Shown: positions 56,315 to 64,000 of the stretch, in pieces
How the letters are laid out: every line of letters begins with the position of its first letter
Position numbering within the stretch: position 1 is the first letter of the stretch
IMG/VR virus record: IMGVR_UViG_3300021375_002698
Direction: 5' to 3' (one strand)
DNA: 64,000 bases
Source of the DNA: a virus
Program-made: the position numbers and the translations under genes
The notes under the pieces: generated by a model
Seen by the model: the letters and a program-made list of their open reading frames with translations, nothing else
What the model was told of the DNA's origin: nothing
Databases searched by the model: none

Positions 56315-57331
56315 TTATTTTTTAAATTCTTTTCCTCTTCTATAATCTCTTCTTGCGACTTGCATTCCATCTTGAGATCTTCCTATTGCTGATTGATTAT
56401 AGTTGAATTGATTAGCTTTATTTCTTCTTTCTTTATTTGGGTCTTTTCTCATGAAAGGTAATGCTGCTAAATATGAAGCTGACCTGGCTATTTTTTCTAT
56501 TTCATTAAGTGTTATTGTCTTATAGTCAGGATTAATATACTCTTTATTGTCGTTATAATATTCAGAAAGACATCTTTTCAAAGCATCAAAAGTTATACTT
56601 TCAATACCCTCTTCTCCTAATGTTAATTTTTCGCTTTCACTAAAATATCTTTCTAGAATATTTATAATTTTATCACTGCCGTCTTCAATAATTGAGTCTA
56701 TAAGATTTTCTATTTTTTCTGATAGCTTTGCATTCATTTCTCTTTCATGAACTTTACCACTAACTGCTCCTGTCAAATCTAAAATACCTGTAAATCCTGC
56801 TTGTCTATATGATCTTAGTCTTTGATCTTCAGAATAGTATCTTTTAAATAACTTATCATTATAACTTTGAACTTTAGCATCAATTGATGAATAGTTAACT
56901 GTGTCTAAAAGTATAAAAGTTCCTAAGTCATTATATCCTTGACTTTTTAATAATTTATCATGTGGGTCTTTTACTTTGTTTATTGTGCTTTGAATAAATA
57001 CAGGATCAAAAGACTTGTTTTTTATTATTCTTGAAACTAAGAATGGATCTACAGATGTTCTATTTAATCCGCTTGGTTTTCCTTCTATGTCAATAAAACT
57101 TTCATATTTTTCGCTAGAAGGAACTCTTACTTTAATAAATTCTTTTTCATATCGCTGTATGTTTGGATTTTTTCCATCATAAAGAACAATAAAATATTCT
57201 CCTGACTGTTTTCTTTCAATAACACCCATATTTAAATCTTCTAGATTAGCTTGACCTCTTCTACTTCTTCTACTAAGTCTTGATTCAATCAGTAAAGATA
57301 TATATTCTTTTATTAAGTTTGCGTTACTCAT
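56315..57331 (-). CDS. Hypothetical protein with leader
   Basis: LIKEYISLLIE N-terminus. Confidence 0.7.
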   Translation of the reverse strand: MSNANLIKEYISLLIESRLSRRSRRGQANLEDLNMGVIERKQSGEYFIVLYDGKNPNIQRYEKEFIKVRVPSSEKYESFIDIEGKPSGLNRTSVDPFLVSRIIKNKSFDPVFIQSTINKVKDPHDKLLKSQGYNDLGTFILLDTVNYSSIDAKVQSYNDKLFKRYYSEDQRLRSYRQAGFTGILDLTGAVSGKVHEREMNAKLSEKIENLIDSIIEDGSDKIINILERYFSESEKLTLGEEGIESITFDALKRCLSEYYNDNKEYINPDYKTITLNEIEKIARSASYLAALPFMRKDPNKERRNKANQFNYNQSAIGRSQDGMQVARRDYRRGKEFKK

Positions 57332-57992
57332 TAATATTCCTTTTATTGTTTCTTTTAATATAATTATTAAGAAAAATACAAAAAGCTAAAAAAACAAAAA
57401 ACATAAAATTAAATCTACTTTTAGCTAATAAAGTATTGCAAGATTCTTCATGCCTATATGCGTCATCACTACTTAAATTATTTGATATTTTAGGACTACT
57501 ATCAAATATCTCTTCAGGATCACGAGGTTGTTGTCTGTTTAATTCTTCAAAACAATATGAATTACCAAATTGATATGGACAATCATCATCAGAATTTAAA
57601 ATATTGTCATCATCAATATCTTCATCACAACTATCACCAGCTCCATCGCCATCAATATCAGACTGATCTTCATTCCATTCAAAAAGACAATTATCACAAA
57701 TATCACCAGCTCCATCGCCATCTCGATCAGTCTGCTCTGGATTAGATATTCTCATGCAATTATCACTAGGATCTTCAATACCATCATCATCAAAGTCATC
57801 AGCATGTTGGTATGTATCGCCTAAGTCTGTATTTGATATTAATATAGAACCACCTCCAGATTGTCCACCTCCTCCACTTTGCTCAGGTGTACCACAATCA
57901 CCAAAGTTGTTGTCACATTCATATCCTTGTCCATATGATATATTAAGTGTAAATAAAATAAAAATTAAACAGATGATCATTTTGTTAATCAT
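57324..57992 (-). CDS. Secreted thrombospondin type-3 repeat (Ca-binding) protein with C-terminal membrane anchor
   Basis: Repeats DDDGIEDPSDNC / QTDRDGDGAGDICDNC / QSDIDGDGAGDSCD; signal peptide; Cys + TM + basic tail. Confidence 0.88.
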   Translation of the reverse strand: MINKMIICLIFILFTLNISYGQGYECDNNFGDCGTPEQSGGGGQSGGGSILISNTDLGDTYQHADDFDDDGIEDPSDNCMRISNPEQTDRDGDGAGDICDNCLFEWNEDQSDIDGDGAGDSCDEDIDDDNILNSDDDCPYQFGNSYCFEELNRQQPRDPEEIFDSSPKISNNLSSDDAYRHEESCNTLLAKSRFNFMFFVFLAFCIFLNNYIKRNNKRNINE

Positions 57993-58114
57993 TTCAATAT
58001 CCTTTCAGCTATAAAGCATAGTTTATTCCAATTAAGCATTTATTGTACTTGAGAAAAGCCTGTCATGTTTTCTTTAATCATGTTTCATTCTTTTCTATAA
58101 CTCTTTTTCAAATA

Positions 58115-60379
58115 TTAACTTAAAATAAGTTTAATATATTTTCTTAAATATAAGTCTACATTTTCATTTGTATTTAAGACTTCAACGTATTTTTCAGAAA
58201 AAGCTTTTTTGACTTCTTCAGCATTATATAAATATGATTCATCATCTATGTAATCATAAATATTTTTTAAATCAATAGTCTCTAGCCCTAAGTCCTTTAA
58301 GTCTAATCGCTTAGATAACGAAACAAGAAGTTTAGACTTAAGTTTTCCTGATTCTATTATATTTCTTAATACTCTTACAATAGTTTCTTTACTAAATGTA
58401 TTTAAATCTTTTCTTTTAGTAATTTCATATTTTTGTTTATAAGATCTTCCCTTAGAAATTTCTAACAATTCTTCTTCTTCAATATCATCTTTTCTAGCTG
58501 CTATTATTAAAGGATGTTTAGAATATTTATTTTTTTTAGCTTCTTTGCTTACTTCCTTATTTTCATGTCTATATAAATTTTCAAGTATATCGACAGGAAC
58601 TCTTTTACACTTTGCTAATTCTAAAGATATCATTGTTCTATCTATAGATGTACCAATTGAATCGTCTAAAGACATGTCATATATTTTTTTGTACATCTTA
58701 GCAGGTAATTTTTCATGATTAATAAACAGGCTATAAATCATCACTATGTCATATTTTGCATCCTCATTTTGATACAAGCTGTCAAAGAAAGCATTCAACA
58801 AGTCATCAGGAAAATACTTATCTTGTAATATAATCTCTATTTCATTATAGCTAATACTTTCAAAAGGAAAATCTACAAAAAACTGGTAAACACTTTTATT
58901 TTTTCTTGCGTCTTCTGTTATATAAGTGTAAAAATGATCTGCAAATAAAGCAGGTTCTTCTGAAATTAAATTTTCAATTATATCTGTAAAAGATTCTTTT
59001 GTTTTACTATCTAATTTATCATATTTATTTGTGCTAATTATATTGAAGCATACTCTATGTTCCATTTCTTCAATTTCAAAGTCGTATTCAAATTCTAGAT
59101 TAAATAGATGTTCTTTGTTAATTACTGAAGACACTATATCAATAGGACAATTTAAATTTTGAAGTAGTGATTTTATAACATTTTGATCTTGTTCTTTTTC
59201 TAATATACTTCTTATCAACTCACTATCTAAAGACTTTGAATTTATACCTATGTTTTTTAATTTTACATTATCTTGATAATATAAATATTCAGCAATCTCT
59301 TTGCCTTCGATAGAATAATTAGATATTTGTCTAGCTTCACTTACAAACAAGTCTAAGTTGCTTTCATTTGCTTTTTTCATATCTTTAAACTGGACTAATG
59401 TAATAGATTTATAATATTCTTCAGGAGTAATTTCTTGTTTATCATCTTTTTCTGCATCTTTATAAATTATATCATAAACATCTCCTAAAGATTCTTTTAT
59501 TTTGGTCTCGTCAATAGGATTATTAAATACATTTACTGTTGCTGTTCCTTTTTGTAGTGATATATTACTTCCTTTTTTAGCAAAACTTACACACATTTTA
59601 TAGTCGTTTTTTTCTTTACTTGTACTTTTTCTAATACAATAATACATATGAAGATTTAATTGTCTATGATAATTTAAAAACATATTACGTTCACTAACAG
59701 TTGAAGTGCACCAAGTCATATTTCCTGTATGCTTTCCTGAACCATCTACTTCTTTGTTAAATGTAGTATCATATACTAATCTGCTACCATTCCAATAGGA
59801 TCTAGATAGTGATATTGAACCTTTAATAGTTCTAGGATAACATACAATCCAGTCACTTGAACTTTCATTAACAATGACATCAAATTCTTTAGTATTTCCT
59901 GAAGATTCTGAAAAATTACTTTCATTTAAACACTTAATAAATAACTTTGTATTAAGTTTAATTTCGTTTTTTGCTTCTAAATATTTTAAAAGATCATCAT
60001 ATGAAGCAGTTTTTTCTTCTAAAGCCCTCTTAAGATTAATTCTACTTCCGCCAGGAACTCTAACAGTCAAGTCTTCACCTTTTGAAAATTGAGGTAAAAC
60101 ATGAATTAAGTAGTCTTTAAACAAAGAGACTACATCGTACATACTGTGTTTACCTTCTTTTAGAGTATTATGAACAATATCTAAAAAAACAGCGTCTTGT
60201 CTAAGTTTATTTCTAATCTTAGGATCAGGATTGTTTATGTAAAAATCCCATTCTTCTTCTGTTACTTTTTGTGGGCTTGAACTAACAAATTCTTTTTTGA
60301 TATCATCTATTTTAGATTCTATAAGTAGTGCACTATTTAAAAATTTTTTCCACTCTAACATGACTTCTTTTATACTCAA
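58115..60379 (-). CDS. Large hypothetical protein with leader, WCT motif and helical repeats
   Basis: MSIKEVMLEWKKFL; MTWCTS; NLNCPIDI / KRVPVDILENL repeats. Confidence 0.75.
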   Translation of the reverse strand: MSIKEVMLEWKKFLNSALLIESKIDDIKKEFVSSSPQKVTEEEWDFYINNPDPKIRNKLRQDAVFLDIVHNTLKEGKHSMYDVVSLFKDYLIHVLPQFSKGEDLTVRVPGGSRINLKRALEEKTASYDDLLKYLEAKNEIKLNTKLFIKCLNESNFSESSGNTKEFDVIVNESSSDWIVCYPRTIKGSISLSRSYWNGSRLVYDTTFNKEVDGSGKHTGNMTWCTSTVSERNMFLNYHRQLNLHMYYCIRKSTSKEKNDYKMCVSFAKKGSNISLQKGTATVNVFNNPIDETKIKESLGDVYDIIYKDAEKDDKQEITPEEYYKSITLVQFKDMKKANESNLDLFVSEARQISNYSIEGKEIAEYLYYQDNVKLKNIGINSKSLDSELIRSILEKEQDQNVIKSLLQNLNCPIDIVSSVINKEHLFNLEFEYDFEIEEMEHRVCFNIISTNKYDKLDSKTKESFTDIIENLISEEPALFADHFYTYITEDARKNKSVYQFFVDFPFESISYNEIEIILQDKYFPDDLLNAFFDSLYQNEDAKYDIVMIYSLFINHEKLPAKMYKKIYDMSLDDSIGTSIDRTMISLELAKCKRVPVDILENLYRHENKEVSKEAKKNKYSKHPLIIAARKDDIEEEELLEISKGRSYKQKYEITKRKDLNTFSKETIVRVLRNIIESGKLKSKLLVSLSKRLDLKDLGLETIDLKNIYDYIDDESYLYNAEEVKKAFSEKYVEVLNTNENVDLYLRKYIKLILS

Positions 60380-60491
60380 TTAAATTTTCCTTGCGTTCTT
60401 ATAATAATTATATAACATCACAAGCTTTTTTAAATACTTGTATATACAGCCTACTGTTTCGTCAAATCATATCATGACTTTTACTCAATAT

Positions 60492-60516
60492 AAAAAAACC
60501 AGCAATAAGCTGCTGG
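60492..60516 (-). terminator. Rho-independent terminator
   Basis: CCAGCA-ATAAGC-TGCTGG preceded by A7 (U tail on the minus strand). Confidence 0.7.
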
Positions 60517-60544
60517 CATTATAATAATAATTAATTTATTAGCT

Positions 60545-60712
60545 TTATATTTTCCTTAAAGCAGATTCTGCTACTGTATCTGTTCCGTTATAGAATAAGC
60601 ATAAACAATCAATTATAGTATCCCATCTACTATAATCTTTTTTCAATACTATCACAGGAATATCATGATACAAACATAAATCACCTACTTTTATTTTTAC
60701 TTCATTGTTCAT
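60545..60712 (-). CDS. Small KOW/SH3-like protein (not in ORF track)
   Basis: MNNEVKIKVGDLCLY... Confidence 0.55.
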   Translation of the reverse strand: MNNEVKIKVGDLCLYHDIPVIVLKKDYSRWDTIIDCLCLFYNGTDTVAESALRKI

Positions 60713-60890
60713 TTTTTATACTCGTTAAACTAAATGATGTTATTAGATCTATAACGTCTGAAGGAAATAAACATTTATAAACACAAGCATCAGAGTTTTT
60801 AACAATTATCATAGAATTTATAACAACATATATGTTCTTTCTAGGGTAGAAAACTAATTCTTGCGCTTTAAACTTCTCTTTTGTTTCCAT
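60702..60890 (-). CDS. Hypothetical protein
   Basis: ORF overlapping the ligase end. Confidence 0.5.
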   Translation of the reverse strand: METKEKFKAQELVFYPRKNIYVVINSMIIVKNSDACVYKCLFPSDVIDLITSFSLTSIKNEQ

Positions 60891-62175
60891 GAATAACTTT
60901 TATGACTGGAAATCTTAAAGAAAATTCTCCATTTTGATTTTGTGATTCTTCAAAGTATTGCACTGTTATTGTTTTTTCTTTAATTAAATCTTGATTTTTG
61001 TAAAAATCTTGTCTTTGCTGAATTGTAAAACCACTTCCTACGTTTACTTTATTTCCTTTATGCTCTATGATTACAGCTGTAAGCATATCTTCTTCTATTT
61101 CTTTACCACTCTTTACGTATCTAAAAGGACCAACTGTAATATCTTTTACGATATATTCAGCGTCATGAAACTTTTTAACTTTTAAAATGTCGTTAGATCT
61201 TTTACCTTTATATAAATCATTCTTTCTTAACATAAGACCTTCCCAGCCAAGCTCTATAGCCTTGCTGTTTAATTCATCAAATTCATTCCAATTGTTTACA
61301 GGAATTTGTGATAAAAGTTTAACATGCGTTAAATCTATATCAGTATTGTATATAATGTTGCTTAATGCCATTGTTCTTTGAGAAAAAGTGCCAGCTTCAC
61401 CATAACCCTTACTAAACATTCTGTAAGGGATATAATCAAATACTTGAAATAAACCGTTTTCAATTGTGTGGTTTTTTCTATTTATTTCTTTCATTATACT
61501 CTGGAAGTCTTCGTTATTATTATTATCAACAATACACATTTCCCCATCATAAACTACATTTTTAAAGCCAAGAGACTCAATTTCTTTTTCTACAAAAGAT
61601 AACGTATGAAATTGTTTTCCTGCTCTTGAATATGATTTTGCTTTTCCTTTTTCGTCGACTACAATAATACAGCGAACACCGTCAAGTTTTCTTGATACAT
61701 ACCAAACATCTTTATCTAAATCAACTTTCTTTTTTGTTTTTTCGTCAAACTTATTTGCTAAAGCTACATTAAAAGTTGGAATTAGACTAGGAATTGCTTT
61801 GTTAATTAGCTTTACAGAAGCTCTAATCTTAAGATTTCTTTCAAGAATTAAGTAAAACAATTCTTTATAGTCTTTATTGTTTAGAATAAATCCGTTTACT
61901 TCTTCTATAGCTTTATGACCTGTAATTAATCTTTGATTTAAAGATTCAAGCAGCTCAAACATAGAACTAAATTTTGTGCTTTCATTACACAACTCTTTGT
62001 TTTTTTCTATACTTTTGCTCTTTAAGTTATATTGCAAAAAACTGTTATACGTATAATAAAGTATTTTTTTAATATCATCACTACAGCTTTTTAAAACTTT
62101 TACTTTATTATTAGAAGAAGTTGACTTATTCATTTCTTCTAAAAAATTATTTACTTCGTTTATATTTAACAGCAT
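60868..62175 (-). CDS. ATP-dependent DNA ligase
   Basis: KLDGVR, YDGE, FQVFD, EGLMLR, LKVK, VGSG, LRFP. Confidence 0.95.
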   Translation of the reverse strand: MLLNINEVNNFLEEMNKSTSSNNKVKVLKSCSDDIKKILYYTYNSFLQYNLKSKSIEKNKELCNESTKFSSMFELLESLNQRLITGHKAIEEVNGFILNNKDYKELFYLILERNLKIRASVKLINKAIPSLIPTFNVALANKFDEKTKKKVDLDKDVWYVSRKLDGVRCIIVVDEKGKAKSYSRAGKQFHTLSFVEKEIESLGFKNVVYDGEMCIVDNNNNEDFQSIMKEINRKNHTIENGLFQVFDYIPYRMFSKGYGEAGTFSQRTMALSNIIYNTDIDLTHVKLLSQIPVNNWNEFDELNSKAIELGWEGLMLRKNDLYKGKRSNDILKVKKFHDAEYIVKDITVGPFRYVKSGKEIEEDMLTAVIIEHKGNKVNVGSGFTIQQRQDFYKNQDLIKEKTITVQYFEESQNQNGEFSLRFPVIKVIHGNKREV

Positions 62176-62423
62176 TCTTCTTCTTCGTACAAATCGGTTT
62201 GAGCTGATATTGCAACAGCTTCTAGAAATTCTCTTGCATAGAAAGAAAGTCTTTTATCAGAAAACTTATAGTCTTTCAATACTTTATTAACTCTTCTAAT
62301 TGCATCTTCAGGGGAAGATGACTCAAAAACATAACCTACATTTTTTACGTCATAGTCTCTTAGCCCATGTTTGTCTAACGTAAATCTATATCTATATCTT
62401 TTTAACATTTTTTTCCTTATCAA
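62166..62423 (-). CDS. Hypothetical protein
   Basis: ORF overlapping the ligase start. Confidence 0.6.
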   Translation of the reverse strand: MIRKKMLKRYRYRFTLDKHGLRDYDVKNVGYVFESSSPEDAIRRVNKVLKDYKFSDKRLSFYAREFLEAVAISAQTDLYEEEECC

Positions 62424-62607
62424 ATTGTATATCTTTTAGCAGCATTTTCAGCTGATTGGTTAGAGTTAAAGTTGCCAATAAATGTCCATCCTTTTGACCA
62501 CTTATTAACAGCTTGATGATATAACTTAAAATTATCATTTTCTTTTATTATTTTAAATGTTTCTTGTTTAAAATTATATAACATTGTTTTACCTTTTACA
62601 AAATTTA

Positions 62608-63885
62608 TTATTTCATGTTTATTAAAATATCATTGCTGTCATGTTTAAAGCCTAGTTTATTTCCAGGAATTATTAACCAACATCTCTTAACTCCAGTTGA
62701 TATTTTAGGTTTTGCTGCACAGCCGTCAGTAAAGATTATATACCCATCAAACTTTTTTCTATTTTTAATAGCATGTTTTGTAACGCAATCAAAACAAGTT
62801 CCACCGCAATAACCTCTATCTAAAGTTACACGTTTACCTTTTTTCCAAAGAAAGCCAAGCTTTTCATTAACTACAGTATCAAACTTGTAAACATAAAAGT
62901 CTGTTTTCTTACTTAATGTTTCTAACTCTGAGTAAAATTTATACAGAACATCATCAGACATAGATCCACTTTCATCAATGTATATAGAAATTGAAGGTCT
63001 ATAAGACTTTTTAATTCCAGGATGAATGCCGGGATATTTCCTGTTCATTCTTTTGTTTGATGAAACTCTTTCGTTTTTTCTTGTAAACCCACAAAATCTT
63101 TTTAGAATATCTTCCCATTTTATCTTTCTAGATATGAGCTTGTTAAATTCTTTTTGATATTCATAAGAAATAGATCCCCAACCTTTACTCTCACCTTCTT
63201 TAACAGCTTCTTTTAATACATCTTTAATTTTTTGACCTATGATATCTTTTTCATTGTCATCTAAAATTCCCCAGCCATCATGATTATCAAAGCCAAGTTG
63301 AGTCTCTGATTCTGTCATTTCTTTTATTTTATCATCCGATATAAGCTCTTTAAAATAAAATTCTGATGTTTTGTTTACTGGTAAGCTACGAAGTTTATTA
63401 GACATATATCTGTAATTTTCTATAGCTTCTTTACTCATTTTACTCATATCTTCATTTGTAAGAGGAGTAAGTCTTTTTCCGGGTATTAAACCACCGTCAG
63501 GAAGCTCTTCAGCGGGAATAATAGAATTTATTGCAAGATCAGCTGCATAATTCCATATCATATGAGGTTCTTTTTTTCTTTCTGTAGTATGCTTAAATAC
63601 TAGATGAAGACACTCATGTTTTAATAATCCAATAACTTTTTTAGGTTCTAAACTAGATAAAAAATTTCTATTCCACCATAATGTTAGTTCTCCATCTTGA
63701 CATAATACTCCTGCTGTTGGTATTAACTTAGTTTCAACTTTATTAAGACTTCTTAAAATCCTACTGTAAAAAGGTTCTTCCATTAATAAGTTTAAAAGAT
63801 GCTTTGAAAGCTTAAAACTTTCTAACTCTTCTTTAGTCGCTTCTCTTTTTATTTTAATAATATCATTTGAAGTTGAATTTTTCAT
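62608..63885 (-). CDS. Putative metallopeptidase + vWA domain protein (DUF2201-like, MoxR-associated type)
   Basis: PTAG, HECLH, WNYAADLAIN, IDESGSM, GGT, IFTDG. Confidence 0.9.
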   Translation of the reverse strand: MKNSTSNDIIKIKREATKEELESFKLSKHLLNLLMEEPFYSRILRSLNKVETKLIPTAGVLCQDGELTLWWNRNFLSSLEPKKVIGLLKHECLHLVFKHTTERKKEPHMIWNYAADLAINSIIPAEELPDGGLIPGKRLTPLTNEDMSKMSKEAIENYRYMSNKLRSLPVNKTSEFYFKELISDDKIKEMTESETQLGFDNHDGWGILDDNEKDIIGQKIKDVLKEAVKEGESKGWGSISYEYQKEFNKLISRKIKWEDILKRFCGFTRKNERVSSNKRMNRKYPGIHPGIKKSYRPSISIYIDESGSMSDDVLYKFYSELETLSKKTDFYVYKFDTVVNEKLGFLWKKGKRVTLDRGYCGGTCFDCVTKHAIKNRKKFDGYIIFTDGCAAKPKISTGVKRCWLIIPGNKLGFKHDSNDILINMK

Positions 63886-63902
63886 TGTATGCCTCCTGAT
63901 TT

Positions 63903-63932
63903 ATTATATAATTTCATTAATATAAATTACAC
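63903..63932 (-). promoter_or_regulatory. GTGTAA-N18-TATAAT promoter for the vWA-ligase operon
   Basis: Same consensus on the minus strand, upstream of an AGGAGG RBS. Confidence 0.8.
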
Positions 63933-64000
63933 ATATGAAATACTAAGCTTCTGAGCTTATTAAATCTTTATTTTCAGTAATTATTTCAATTAGCTTTTTA

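Noticed and set aside
1-64000. Stop-codon reassignment, as seen in some large phages
   Set aside because: Long conserved genes (ligase, helicase, PhoH, fibres) are intact in code 11, all three stops terminate genes, and there is no suppressor tRNA.

Overview
AT-rich segment of a large tailed dsDNA (jumbo-type) bacteriophage genome in the standard bacterial genetic code. It has no CRISPR array, rRNA or transposase. (1) 1-8.1 kb, minus strand: three tail-fibre-like genes and small virion proteins. (2) 8.1-24.3 kb, mostly minus strand: PIN-PhoH, a stand-alone sigma70 region-4 HTH, Hc1-like protein, degenerate GroEL, Nudix, DinG-like helicase, C39 peptidase, class III cyclase plus 2TM partner, T5orf172, pyrF, PAP2 phosphatase and GNAT. 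Many of these unrelated proteins share short N-terminal leaders ending in Glu, resembling capsid-targeting sequences. (3) About 24.5 kb: a divergence point with a GC-rich hairpin and palindrome next to an AT-rich tract. (4) 24.5-55.7 kb, plus strand: about 70 small, mostly unknown genes. They are arranged as 1-to-few-gene cassettes behind about 31 copies of a non-canonical promoter (GTGTAA-N17/18-TATAAT-N5-TG). The cassettes have two families of SD-sequestering leader hairpins, a repeated structured upstream element that supplies stop codons to the preceding gene, three tRNAs and several paralog families, including a four-member novel 'GRG-x2-W...AWxRF...GSKxDH' family. A second C-to-G skew switch at about 34.27 kb carries an inverted copy of a motif found at 24.54 kb, so 24.5-34.3 kb may be a long terminal repeat or early host-takeover module. 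(5) 55.7-64 kb, minus strand: thrombospondin-3-repeat protein, a large leader-bearing protein, ATP-dependent DNA ligase and a metallopeptidase-vWA protein. All family assignments come from motif recognition by eye, not from database searches.
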